From contig CP066690.1 in assembly GCA_016432465.1 (NCBI GenBank), positions 57,233 to 121,232 on the forward strand: a stretch of 64,000 nucleotides of DNA, given 5' to 3'. Of this stretch, positions 1-9,190 are shown piece by piece. Below the pieces are notes generated by a model. The model did no database searches. It was not told the DNA's origin and worked only from the letters and a program-made list of their open reading frames with translations. Position 1 is the stretch's first letter. Each line of letters starts with the position of its first letter. Source of the DNA: Candidatus Sungiibacteriota bacterium. GTDB taxonomy: Bacteria > Patescibacteriota > Minisyncoccia > Sungbacterales > HO2-52-23. Made by a program: the position numbers and the translations under genes.

Positions 1-75
1 GCAAAAGTGTTATTTTCAGCGGTTATTTCGCTCATACCCATAAATCTTATCAGAGCGTACCACACAATTCAATCC

Positions 76-104
76 TTGACAAGTAGTTAAGTTTGATGTA
101 TACT
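76..104 (+). promoter_or_regulatory. sigma70-like promoter TTGACA-17-TATACT
   Basis: ttgaca 76-81, 17-nt spacer, tatact 99-104; followed by ~165-nt GC-rich structured leader and RBS aaaggaag before ATG 268. Confidence 0.45.
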
Positions 105-267
105 TAGATTAAAGAGCCTGGGATTGGCCCGGGCTTAGGTCTTTAACTTCCAAACGGCTGGGCTGGCGCTGAAACGCCAGAGCTTTGGCTCAAGCCCAAC
201 GACGGAAGAACCGTCGTCATGCCGTGCGGAGCCCCGCGATACGAAACGCGGGAGAAAGGAAGTCATC

Positions 268-798
268 ATGCGTAGGTGGTTCTCGGAACTGTCCGTCGGT
301 CTCCTCGCGATGGCCCTGCTTTTCATTTGGGTTGGAGTCCTAGCGTTCTCCAGGGATGGCCAAAGCGCTTTTGGTTTCGTCTCCCTCTGCATAGGGACCG
401 CCATTATGGTGGTCGCTCTGTACAGGGTGGTCAGTCGCCGGCTCGCCTTCCACAGGTTTTACGCCATCTTCGGCTTCGTGCCGAACGATCGGCGACACGG
501 CAAGGAGCTGTTCAGGCACCTTGTCGAGAAAGGGATTCTTGACAGGACGGCCGACCTCTCGGCTGACTACGTAAGTCTTAATGGACTCGAGGCCGAGGCT
601 AGAAATGTTCAAACGTCTGCCGAGGCCAGAAACATCTCCAGAAAATTGCAGGAGGCCCATGGATTCATCCGATCCTCCCGCCGCCGATTCAATGCGGCCA
701 TTGACGTGGCCAGTTCAAGGTGGCTCCCGGCCCCCTACAAGAACTTGAGCCACAACTTCTCCGACTGGGAGAAACGGTTGGAGAAGAGAATCCGGTAA
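268..798 (+). CDS. hypothetical membrane protein (in GC-rich island)
   Basis: 176-aa ORF with N-terminal hydrophobic helices, RBS upstream, ~58% GC. Confidence 0.55.
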   Translation: MRRWFSELSVGLLAMALLFIWVGVLAFSRDGQSAFGFVSLCIGTAIMVVALYRVVSRRLAFHRFYAIFGFVPNDRRHGKELFRHLVEKGILDRTADLSADYVSLNGLEAEARNVQTSAEARNISRKLQEAHGFIRSSRRRFNAAIDVASSRWLPAPYKNLSHNFSDWEKRLEKRIR

Positions 799-866
799 GG
801 GCAACACCGCTAAGTTGCCCTGAGACCGCCATTGGGCTCACCCCCTCTGGCGGTCTTAAAATTTTG
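798..866 (+). terminator. two GC hairpins then T-rich tract (putative intrinsic terminator)
   Basis: gggcaacaccgctaagttgccc and gaccgcc...ggcggtc hairpins followed by ttaaaatttt right after stop of 268..798. Confidence 0.4.
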
Positions 867-872
867 CAAAAA

Positions 873-901
873 TTGACAATATACTTAAAATAGTGTATAA
901 T
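873..901 (+). promoter_or_regulatory. consensus sigma70 promoter TTGACA-17-TATAAT
   Basis: ttgaca 873-878, 17-nt spacer, tataat 896-901; perfect consensus. Confidence 0.55.
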
Positions 902-961
902 TAGAATGTACATTCTTTGGAAAACCCTCGCCGCCATACCTTCTTTACGGGCCGGATCCCA

Positions 962-1056
962 AAATGAAGGCCTGCTTGCAGGCCGTAGCCAAAAACGAAG
1001 GCCTGCTTGCAGGCCGTAGCCCGAAGCGAAGGCCTGGCGGCGATGAACGTTGCCTG
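962..1056 (+). repeat. tandem hairpin repeats in 5' leader (2 perfect 25-nt copies gaaggcctgcttgcaggccgtagcc plus 1 degenerate copy)
   Basis: copies at 966-990, 997-1021, degenerate 1028-1054; each contains palindrome ggcctgcttgcaggcc. Confidence 0.7.
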
Positions 1057-1155
1057 GTGCTTTTCCAGATGAACTGGGAAGGCATGTAGAAACTCTTTTG
1101 CGGCGGCTGAACTGCCGCATCCGGCAGCTGAACTGCCGGAGAAAAGGAGGAGTCC

Positions 1156-1608
1156 ATGTTCTTCGTTTTGTCTCTTGCTCCAGTGCTCTTCCTTGTGACG
1201 GTGATGCTGGCTGATATTATGCGGCCAGCGCTGCAAACGGTGGTGTTCAACCACCGGTTCAGGAAAGAGTACCAGTTCCCGCCATCCCGACTCCAACAGG
1301 GACACGAGGTCCTCAAGGCATACTATCTCAAGATGACCCTGCGCCATATTGAGATGTACGCCAACCGGGCCGCCAACTTGGCGGTCGTGTCTCGCAAACA
1401 TGGCAGGGCTGAGACATTTGAGCTCTTCTCTGCTGCGTACGTGTGGTGGACGGAGGCCCACGAACTCCTCTGGAAAGCACTTCCGGAGGAGAAAAGGCAG
1501 AGTATTCCGCACTGGACCGATTCTCCAGTGTGGATAGCTTTCCAGTCGGCGATGAACGCCGACAACCCAGCTGCCGATGAACGGCAGCAAGAAGGGGGCG
1601 CGCAATGA
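1156..1608 (+). CDS. hypothetical protein
   Basis: 150-aa ORF with strong RBS aaaaggagg 6 nt upstream; no recognisable family. Confidence 0.5.
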   Translation: MFFVLSLAPVLFLVTVMLADIMRPALQTVVFNHRFRKEYQFPPSRLQQGHEVLKAYYLKMTLRHIEMYANRAANLAVVSRKHGRAETFELFSAAYVWWTEAHELLWKALPEEKRQSIPHWTDSPVWIAFQSAMNADNPAADERQQEGGAQ

Positions 1609-2147
1609 GTAATTACCTTTTTTTTACTTTCGTAACTTTGGGCCTCACGGCCATGGCCGAGGCACTCCTTGCTCTACTCTGGCTGAAGGAGCGCCGCGCC
1701 TTTGGCCGGAGGGTCCGCCTGGCTTTCGGGGTTGAGCCCCGGGAGTTAAACACCGAACTGGTATGCGAGCAACTCAAAAAGCTGGCTTACCAGGCCGGCC
1801 TCCTGATGCTCTATCAAGAGGTCCATACGGGGCAGATCGACCCTGATCTGCTCCCCACCGGAACAAAGGTGGAACTTGAGTATGCCGTGTTCCGGGGACC
1901 TTTGGCGGATAGGTTGAACTCTCTCCGCCAAGAACTGCGCAGTGCTACACATTACGCAGCCCGGGCGGGGAAAACGCCATATCATCTGGTTGATTCCAAT
2001 GGGGAGGTGAGGATCGAAACCCTTCCCCCCTACGACCAGCAAGCCTTAACCGGCTGGAGCGCCGCCTGGGCACGGGCAGAAACAGCGCGCCGGCGCGAAA
2101 CAGAGCGTCGCGAGCGTCTTAATCGGCGCTTGCGAAACAGTCGCTAG
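1605..2147 (+). CDS. hypothetical protein (N-terminal TM segment, Arg/Glu-rich C-terminus)
   Basis: 180-aa ORF overlapping upstream stop by 4 nt (translational coupling). Confidence 0.5.
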   Translation: MSNYLFFTFVTLGLTAMAEALLALLWLKERRAFGRRVRLAFGVEPRELNTELVCEQLKKLAYQAGLLMLYQEVHTGQIDPDLLPTGTKVELEYAVFRGPLADRLNSLRQELRSATHYAARAGKTPYHLVDSNGEVRIETLPPYDQQALTGWSAAWARAETARRRETERRERLNRRLRNSR

Positions 2148-2246
2148 TCTAGAAGGAAGTAACTGGTCGTTCCGGATTCACCCGGAGCGGGTAACGGCAG
2201 TGGGCCGCCAGGTTCCAAAACAGGTCCGAAAAGGGAGGTCTATCTT

Positions 2247-2534
2247 ATGATCAATACCGTCGAGAAGGCGGCCAAGGCCGCGGAGGTGAGGCGAATGTGT
2301 GTCGCCCACCTTCAAGGTCTCACTGATTCTATCGGTGAGGCCTACAGATGGGGCGTCCACGGAGTGGCCGGTCACTTCTGCACCGCGCGGACGGGGTCTG
2401 CCATACGGGAGGCCCGCATCCACGAGGATTCCCTCCGGAAACTGGTGGAGGGGGCCGAGAGGGAGGACCTCCCACGACCTCCGGACTCACGTCCGGACTG
2501 GTCGTGGCAGGGGTTCCTCTATCCCCTCCGGTAA
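2247..2534 (+). CDS. hypothetical protein
   Basis: 95-aa ORF in GC-rich island, no family recognised. Confidence 0.35.
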   Translation: MINTVEKAAKAAEVRRMCVAHLQGLTDSIGEAYRWGVHGVAGHFCTARTGSAIREARIHEDSLRKLVEGAEREDLPRPPDSRPDWSWQGFLYPLR

Positions 2535-2621
2535 CGGTAAGGGCACACCGAAAAGTTACCCAAACGCCGCAGGATCTCCCTGCGGCGTTGCAAATTGCGC
2601 AGGAGAGAATATAATAATTAG

Positions 2622-2831
2622 GTGGCAAAAACCGATATTCACCCTAAATACTATGAAGCCACGGTAAAATGCGCCTGTGGAAATACTTTCAAAGTCGGGT
2701 CAACCAAGGAACGGCTGGAAGTTGAAATTTGCTCAAAATGCCACCCTTTCTATACCGGGGGCTCAAAACTCATAGATACTGCAGGAAGGGTGGAGAAATT
2801 TAAGCAGCGGCTTGCGAAAAAGAAATCTTAG
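2622..2831 (+). CDS. rpmE: 50S ribosomal protein L31 (type A, zinc-binding)
   Basis: [12 protein letters not shown]...[10 protein letters not shown] matches L31 N-terminus and CxxC/CxxCH zinc motif; GTG start. Confidence 0.9.
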   Translation: MAKTDIHPKYYEATVKCACGNTFKVGSTKERLEVEICSKCHPFYTGGSKLIDTAGRVEKFKQRLAKKKS

Positions 2832-2907
2832 ATGCAAAATTAGACGCCACTTGTGCGCAGAATTAGACGCAATCGCGTTTATTATTGCGTAATAGTGGCG
2901 TTTATGG

Positions 2908-3834
2908 TTGCCTCTAAACAATGTGAATATCCAAGAACTTCACCATAAAAAAGAAGGGCTCCAAAAAGAACTCGCCAATCCCGAGATTTTTAAAGATCCT
3001 CAAAAAATTAAGGAACTCAGTATTGAACTGGGAAAAATAGAAAAAGAAATTAAAGAGGAGCAGAAATCGGGAGATAGCGGCGCGATACCCCAAAACGTCA
3101 TTATAGAGATCCGCGCCGGAGCCGGGGGCGAGGAAGCTTCACTTTTTGCGCAGGAACTTTTTAGTATGTACACTCATTTTGCCGCTAAAAGGGGGTGGAA
3201 AACAACGCTTCTTAATGAATCCCGCAGCGACCTTAGCGGCTATAAAGAAGTTATTTTTGAAATCAACGGCAAAGACGCGTATAAAACTTTACGTTTTGAA
3301 TCAGGGGTTCATCGCATACAACGTATCCCGGAAACTGAAAAATCAGGCCGCATCCATACTTCCACCGCTTCCGTGGCCGTATTACCGCAGGCGCGTGAAG
3401 TTGACGTTGAGATTAGACCGCAAGATATAAAAGTTGAGTTTTTCCGCTCCTCCGGCCCCGGGGGACAAAACGTAAATAAAGTTGAAACCGCGGTAAGAAT
3501 TTATCATTTACCGACCGGGCTTATCGTTACTTCGCAAGAATCACGTTCCCAACAAGCTAACCGCGAACGTGCTATGACCTTACTTCGCGCTAAGCTTCTT
3601 GACGCCAAAATGCAGGAAGAGGCAAAAAAAATGGCCGCTGAAAGGCGACAGCAAATTGGCACCGGAGACCGTTCAGAAAAAATCCGCACTTACAATTTTC
3701 CGCAGGACCGAGTTACGGACCACCGGATTAAAGAAAGCTTGCACAATATTGAATCTATTCTGGCCGGCAATCTCGACCCCTTGATCAATAAGTTATTGTT
3801 TCTAAAGGATTCTATCTATATCCCGCGCCAGTGA
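2908..3834 (+). CDS. prfA: peptide chain release factor 1
   Basis: GGQ motif (SGPGGQNVNK), RF1-type PxT tripeptide (PET), RF-1 domain conservation; TTG start; TGA stop. Confidence 0.85.
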   Translation: MPLNNVNIQELHHKKEGLQKELANPEIFKDPQKIKELSIELGKIEKEIKEEQKSGDSGAIPQNVIIEIRAGAGGEEASLFAQELFSMYTHFAAKRGWKTTLLNESRSDLSGYKEVIFEINGKDAYKTLRFESGVHRIQRIPETEKSGRIHTSTASVAVLPQAREVDVEIRPQDIKVEFFRSSGPGGQNVNKVETAVRIYHLPTGLIVTSQESRSQQANRERAMTLLRAKLLDAKMQEEAKKMAAERRQQIGTGDRSEKIRTYNFPQDRVTDHRIKESLHNIESILAGNLDPLINKLLFLKDSIYIPRQ

Positions 3835-5145
3835 AATAATCCGATTGGCGTAGGAACGGCAGACGTACCGCGTACAACTTGGCCTACCGGAAATGTAGGT
3901 TTTGGCGGCGCGTATTTCTCCTGCTTCGGTTTTTGCGTCAGCGCCGGCGTCAGCCAAAAATATAGCCGCGGCGGTAAACGCATCCTCAACGTTCCAAGGA
4001 CTGGAAGGATTATGCCCAGTAAGGCTGGCAACTCGTTTCTCAAAACGTAACCACGTTGTCGGAATAAACTGGGCCGGCCCCATTGCGCCGCCGCAGCCAT
4101 AATTTGGCCTGCGCGAGACTGGCATTTTATCAGGATCAAGATTTAGTTTACCCGTAATTTCAAAAAATGCCGCTTTTTCTGATTCTGCCTGCTTTCGTCT
4201 TCCAAGACGAATGTAGCAATTATACATATCCCGTTCCCAATTTCCGGTGCCAACGTTGGTGCCGACAGAAATTACCCCGTCTTCAAACTGCTTTCCGGTC
4301 TCAACTTCAAGAAGGGCCAATAAAAACGCGGTCCTAATTCCGGCGCGCTTGGCCGCAAGATCCGCAAAACGAATAGCATCTTCTGCCGTAATCCCTGTTT
4401 TTTCCAAATAAAAGAGCTGGGTTTTTAGGGTCGCAATGTCCCTCTTTTTTGACTTCAAAAGCTGCTGGAAAAGAGCTTCTTTGCCTTTGGTAAGACGGAG
4501 CAGTTCTTCTTTTTCTTTCTTTTTTTGCGCAAGAAATCTTCGTTCCACTTCCTGTAGCGATCGTAGATCTTGTTGCTCTTCTTCAAATTCTTCCAGTTCA
4601 ACTTTTTCTTTTTCCAGAAGCGTCTTATCCTCTTTAAATTCGCCTACTGCCTCTTGTATATTAGATTGCACCCGCTGGAGACTATTTAGAGAGTTGAAAA
4701 AATCGGACAAATTTTGATTTTTTAAAAGTATAGTGAGAGCATTATCCTGATCATATGCGTAAAGAAGGAAAAGACTTGCGCCCAGGGCGCGTCTGGACTT
4801 GTCAATTTTTTTGGCAAGCATTGCAATGCCTGCGCTTTTAGCCTGAATCTCAAGGGCGGTTTTTTTAATCACAAGCGCAAGACGTTTAATCTCAAGCTCG
4901 CGGCGTTTTATTTCTGTGTTAACCGTCTCAGTTTCGTTGGCGAGAGTCCGCGCTTCCCCCTGTACTTGCTGCAAATTTTTATCAAGTTCATTAGCTTCCT
5001 GCTCAAGCCTCTGCAACTGTCTTTCAAGCTCTGCGCGTTTGACAGGATCAAGCTCTTGGGCGTAAGCAGCTGTGCAGCCGGCCAGCAAAAATAGTCCCAG
5101 TGCTGCTGGGAAAATCCAACAAGATACCCTGTATTTGGATACCAT
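3802..5145 (-). CDS. secreted coiled-coil protein with C-terminal lytic transglycosylase (SLT-like) domain
   Basis: signal peptide, long heptad/coiled-coil region, C-terminal ...EVETG...GAMGPAQFIPTTW motif typical of SLT/goose-type lysozyme fold. Confidence 0.6.
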   Translation of the reverse strand: MVSKYRVSCWIFPAALGLFLLAGCTAAYAQELDPVKRAELERQLQRLEQEANELDKNLQQVQGEARTLANETETVNTEIKRRELEIKRLALVIKKTALEIQAKSAGIAMLAKKIDKSRRALGASLFLLYAYDQDNALTILLKNQNLSDFFNSLNSLQRVQSNIQEAVGEFKEDKTLLEKEKVELEEFEEEQQDLRSLQEVERRFLAQKKKEKEELLRLTKGKEALFQQLLKSKKRDIATLKTQLFYLEKTGITAEDAIRFADLAAKRAGIRTAFLLALLEVETGKQFEDGVISVGTNVGTGNWERDMYNCYIRLGRRKQAESEKAAFFEITGKLNLDPDKMPVSRRPNYGCGGAMGPAQFIPTTWLRFEKRVASLTGHNPSSPWNVEDAFTAAAIFLADAGADAKTEAGEIRAAKTYISGRPSCTRYVCRSYANRIISLARDIDRIL

Positions 5146-5157
5146 GAGTTTATTATA

Positions 5158-5832
5158 TCACTCTTCCTTCTCCTCGCCAGCCGTTTCTTCCACCACTTTC
5201 GTCTCTTCCTTTATTTCTCGTTCTGTTTTAACTTCTTCGGGTGCGGCCGCTGTTGAAACTTGTTCCAGCGCGGCTAACTCCTCTTCAGAACGAGGCGCCT
5301 CAATCAATACCACCACCTCGTCCGGTTCAGCCAAAATTTTCACTCCTTTTGGTGTGGGAATATCTTTTACAAAAAGTTTGGACCCAAATGCGGCAAGCCC
5401 CGAAAGGTCAATCCGCAGCTCACGCGGTAAATCCTGCGGCAGGGCTTCTACTTCAAGTTCCTGCATTACCCTTACCAAAATACCGCCTTCATTTTTAACT
5501 GCGGGCGATTCTCCAAAAAATTCAATTGAAACTTTGGTGCGGATTTCTTTATCCATGCGCACGGCATAGAAATCGGCATGAAGAGGGATGCCTTTTAGGG
5601 GGTCATTTTTTATATCATGTATTAAAACGTTATGGGACTTGCCGTCTACATCAAGTTTGATAAGTGTGGACTCCCCTGCCTCGCGGTAAACCTTTTCAAA
5701 ATCTTTATACGGCACCGCAATCGGCTGGGACTTAACTTTTTCGCCATACACCACCGCAGGCAAAAAACCGGCTCTCCGAAGAGCCTTTACTTTTTTGCCT
5801 AATTCAGTTCGTGGTTGGGCCTTAAGTTCCAT
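5158..5832 (-). CDS. rplY: 50S ribosomal protein L25 / general stress protein Ctc
   Basis: MELKAQPRTELGKKVKALRRAGFLPAVVYG... typical L25/Ctc N-terminus, acidic C-terminal tail. Confidence 0.85.
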   Translation of the reverse strand: MELKAQPRTELGKKVKALRRAGFLPAVVYGEKVKSQPIAVPYKDFEKVYREAGESTLIKLDVDGKSHNVLIHDIKNDPLKGIPLHADFYAVRMDKEIRTKVSIEFFGESPAVKNEGGILVRVMQELEVEALPQDLPRELRIDLSGLAAFGSKLFVKDIPTPKGVKILAEPDEVVVLIEAPRSEEELAALEQVSTAAAPEEVKTEREIKEETKVVEETAGEEKEE

Positions 5833-5881
5833 AATAAAAACAGTTTAACATATCTCTACAAAAAATAAAAGGGCTCCTAAA

Positions 5882-6439
5882 TTAGGAACCCGCAACCTGG
5901 GTTGAGTTGGCTGACCTGAAGTTAGAATTAATATTGATAGCGGCAAATAAGATTATACTACCCAAGAGTAAAAAGGCACTTCCAATAAAAAATGGCACCA
6001 AAGAAGCTTTTACCGCCGTTAAAATGAGTTGTTTTCCTTCATGACTGGTGGCAATGTTGTAAAGGAGCGGTTGAAGGAACGGTTGAAGGTTGCTCTTGAG
6101 TTTTTCTTTAGTATAGTACAATTTTCTGTCCGGCGTTCTAATAAAATACAGTAACTCTACAGGTTGGAGATTTTGAAGCATTGCAATAACTGGTTTATCT
6201 GAGCCCGCGGGAATTAGTGCAAGAAATTCTGCAGGTGGAATTTCTCTATATTTACCAGCAACATTCTTATCTTCTAAGTTAATAAAAAGGCCTGGATAAA
6301 ATACGGCATAATCAAGAACTGGAGAGTAAATAGCTTCTGTCACAGGAAGTTGTTCTCTATGGGCCTTGAGACCCGCACCACCGAAAACCAAACCAATCAG
6401 AATTAAAGATACGGCCGAAGCGTAAAGAATATATCTCAC
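5882..6439 (-). CDS. hypothetical membrane protein
   Basis: 185-aa ORF with N- and C-terminal TM helices. Confidence 0.5.
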   Translation of the reverse strand: MRYILYASAVSLILIGLVFGGAGLKAHREQLPVTEAIYSPVLDYAVFYPGLFINLEDKNVAGKYREIPPAEFLALIPAGSDKPVIAMLQNLQPVELLYFIRTPDRKLYYTKEKLKSNLQPFLQPLLYNIATSHEGKQLILTAVKASLVPFFIGSAFLLLGSIILFAAININSNFRSANSTQVAGS

Positions 6440-6483
6440 CTTTTTCTCCTTTGAAAAGATCCAAAATCAGTATAGCATACTTT

Positions 6484-7458
6484 CTAAATTCTAACCAGAT
6501 TCGGCGGTGGCCTGCCTTCCAATGCCTCAATGATATTTTTTGCAGCGAGTTCGGACATGGCTTGTCTCGTTTCTTCGGTGGCAGAAGCGGTATGGGGCGT
6601 TAAAATCACATTTTCAAGTTCAGTAAGACCCGGAGCAAGCTCTGGTTCGTTTTCATAAACATCAAGGGCGGCTCCACGGATAGTGCCATTTTTTAATGCC
6701 TCCACCAGAGCTTTTTCGTCAACTATAGGACCGCGGGAGGTATTTATTAAATACGCGGATTTTTTCATAAGTTTAAGGCGTCTGGAATCAACTAAATGAC
6801 GGGTGGTTGGAAGAAGCGGCACGTGGATAGATACAAAATCTGCTTCCCGAAAAACATCATCAACATTTTCTCGAAATTCCGCCGCAAATTCTTTTTCAAA
6901 GTCTTCGGAGCGCTTCACATCATGATAAATAACCTTCATATCGAATCCTTTGACAGCATGATGCGCTACGCGAGAGCCAATCCTGCCAAGGCCCACAATA
7001 CCAAAAACCTTTTTTGAAATATCTGTACCAAGTAAAAGCATCGGCTCCCAACCAATGTATTTTCCGGCATGGGTAAAGCGATCCGATTCTGCAATTCTGT
7101 GGGCAATAGCAAGCATGAGAGCAAAAGTATGTTCGGCAACAGTATCGGTTAAAACTCCCGAAGTATTGGTTACCATAATCCCCCGCTCTGTTGCGGTTTT
7201 AGTGTCAATGTTATCAAACCCCACCGCATAATTTGCAAAAATTTTAACGCCGCTTGCCTTCGCTGTGTCCAAAACTTCCGCGTCAATTTTATCAGTCAGC
7301 AAAGACAGCACCGCGTCATAGCGATCTTTTTTCAAAAAATCAATCAGTTCCTCTTTTTTAAGAACGCGACCATGCGGACTTATGACAACTTCATAGCCCT
7401 TACTTTTTACCATATCTATACCCTTATTTGGAATTTGTCTGGTTACAAAAATTTTCAT
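6484..7458 (-). CDS. D-isomer-specific 2-hydroxyacid dehydrogenase (glyoxylate/hydroxypyruvate reductase-like)
   Basis: NAD-binding GxGxxG (GIVGLGRIGSRVA), catalytic R/E/H pattern, family-typical length. Confidence 0.8.
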   Translation of the reverse strand: MKIFVTRQIPNKGIDMVKSKGYEVVISPHGRVLKKEELIDFLKKDRYDAVLSLLTDKIDAEVLDTAKASGVKIFANYAVGFDNIDTKTATERGIMVTNTSGVLTDTVAEHTFALMLAIAHRIAESDRFTHAGKYIGWEPMLLLGTDISKKVFGIVGLGRIGSRVAHHAVKGFDMKVIYHDVKRSEDFEKEFAAEFRENVDDVFREADFVSIHVPLLPTTRHLVDSRRLKLMKKSAYLINTSRGPIVDEKALVEALKNGTIRGAALDVYENEPELAPGLTELENVILTPHTASATEETRQAMSELAAKNIIEALEGRPPPNLVRI

Positions 7459-7460
7459 AC

Positions 7461-7489
7461 TTGAAATTTAATTTAACACATTGTATAAT
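7461..7489 (+). promoter_or_regulatory. sigma70-like promoter TTGAAA-17-TATAAT
   Basis: ttgaaa 7461-7466, 17-nt spacer, tataat 7484-7489. Confidence 0.45.
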
Positions 7490-7519
7490 AATATAATGAC
7501 TTGGGAGGGGAGGTCAGCA

Positions 7520-7618
7520 ATGGATCTGTGGGCTAAAGAAAAAGTATGTCTTATAAAAGCCTTTGCTTGTACGCTTGTAGCACTTCACAGAGGGCACATG
7601 TCAGCTGCCGAAGCCTAA
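7520..7618 (+). CDS. small ORF (32 aa, Cys/His-containing peptide)
   Basis: strong RBS gggaggggagg 6 nt before ATG 7520; MDLWAKEKVCLIKAFACTLVALHRGHMSAAEA; below ORF-track size cutoff. Confidence 0.25.
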   Translation: MDLWAKEKVCLIKAFACTLVALHRGHMSAAEA

Positions 7619-7776
7619 AAGGAAATAGGTCTCTTACAAGGACAACTAACTGCTGAAGATATTGAAAATGCTAACATGGCAGCCGATCTTATAAACAGTG
7701 GGGCCGCAAAAACATCTACAGAAGCGCTAGCCAAGATTAAAAGTCAATGTATTCATTAACGGTGAGGGGCGATGGT

Positions 7777-8655
7777 TCAACGTCGCCCTTTTAACTTATC
7801 TTCTGACCCAAAAAGTCTTAATTTCTCTTTCACTAATTCCTTCATAGCAACAATTGCGCTCTGGTCAAGCTTATACATCGCCACTTCATCTAATTCTGTA
7901 GCCAAGCTTTCTTTTAGCGCGTTCACAAACGCCAGGCGAAGCTCGGTTGAAATATGGATATTGGCGATTCCGGCCTCAATAGCGGCCCTAATTTGGTCTT
8001 CCGGAATTCCGGAGCCGGCATGAAGCACTAATGTTACTTCTTTAGAGATACGCTCGCGGATTGCTTTAATGCGGGCAATATCAAGATGTGGTTCGTTCAA
8101 AGAAATTCCGTGTATGTTGCCAACCGCAATCGCCAGACGATCCACACCTGTTTCTTTTACAAAACGTTCCGCCTCCTCGGGCTTGGTTAAGCTCTCCGGC
8201 GGGATTTCAAAAACTTCTTTATATACTTTTGATGCTTCGGTAACAAAATAGCCAACCTCGCCTTCTACGGATATGTCTTTATCTTTTTCTCTTGCGGATG
8301 CTACTATTTCTTTGGTGCCCCCAATGTTATCTTCAAGCGAGAGTTTGGAAAGATCAATATGCACTGAATCGTATCCGGCTTCAACTGTTTCTTTGGCAGA
8401 CTCTACGCTTTTACAATGATCCGCATTCAAAAAAATTGGAATGCCAAAATCTTTTCGGAAGGCATCCCGAACAGCAAGCGCTTCAATAAGCCCCATATGC
8501 TTTCTTTCTCCTTCCGAAGTGCCAATGATCGCCGGAGCGCCGACTTCTTTGCAAGCTTCCGCAATCGCCCGAACTTGATCAAATTCAGAGGCGTTAAAAT
8601 GCCCAGTACTCCAATGTTCCTGACTTGCATGCTGTAAAATTTCTTTAAGTGTCAT
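7777..8655 (-). CDS. fba: class II fructose-bisphosphate aldolase
   Basis: MTLKEILQ...HFNASEF...NADHCKS... class II FBA/tagatose-bisphosphate aldolase signature residues. Confidence 0.85.
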   Translation of the reverse strand: MTLKEILQHASQEHWSTGHFNASEFDQVRAIAEACKEVGAPAIIGTSEGERKHMGLIEALAVRDAFRKDFGIPIFLNADHCKSVESAKETVEAGYDSVHIDLSKLSLEDNIGGTKEIVASAREKDKDISVEGEVGYFVTEASKVYKEVFEIPPESLTKPEEAERFVKETGVDRLAIAVGNIHGISLNEPHLDIARIKAIRERISKEVTLVLHAGSGIPEDQIRAAIEAGIANIHISTELRLAFVNALKESLATELDEVAMYKLDQSAIVAMKELVKEKLRLFGSEDKLKGRR

Positions 8656-9188
8656 TGGACAAAATAAACTCTTTTATACCGAAAACTTGATAAAATCCTT
8701 GAGGCTAGACGAGCTATAATAAAAATCCCCAATAAGGTGATGGCCGGAAGCTGATATACACCGTTAAATGCAATAAGGCCAAGGGCAATAATAATTTCGG
8801 CCCCATTGAATATCAACCATGTATTAACCACCATTTCATCATGATAGGCCGGTTTATGCTCTTTTTTAAGACGGAAAATCCATAAGGAATCCAATATACG
8901 AAATACAATAAAGACTGCCAGAAAGGAGATAACGGTCTTTAGTGTTGCTTGAATAAAAAGGAACAGAACAAACATTATTGCCACATCAAGCATTAAATCA
9001 AGCTCCCGCTTGGGTGGATATTTCTTGAGTGTTGGAGCAGTATCCACCCAGTAATCAATTATAGAAAGATAAGCAAAAATAAAAGCCGCATATTGCCATG
9101 GCTCACGAAGATCGGGCCACCACTGAAACCCAAGTCCCAGCACAATTCCTATCATTATATCCATAAATTTTAGCGCAAAATCTTTCAT
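8652..9188 (-). CDS. hypothetical polytopic membrane protein
   Basis: 178-aa, 4-5 predicted TM helices, overlaps fba stop by 4 nt. Confidence 0.5.
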   Translation of the reverse strand: MKDFALKFMDIMIGIVLGLGFQWWPDLREPWQYAAFIFAYLSIIDYWVDTAPTLKKYPPKRELDLMLDVAIMFVLFLFIQATLKTVISFLAVFIVFRILDSLWIFRLKKEHKPAYHDEMVVNTWLIFNGAEIIIALGLIAFNGVYQLPAITLLGIFIIARLASRILSSFRYKRVYFVQ

Positions 9189-9190
9189 AA

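Noticed and set aside
2908-3834. Recoded genetic code (UGA=Gly, code 25) suggested by CPR-like context and RF1 with PET instead of PAT
   Set aside because: Many genes here terminate with in-frame TGA at expected lengths (prfA, secD, DGR target), so the standard code applies; PET still fits the PxT rule
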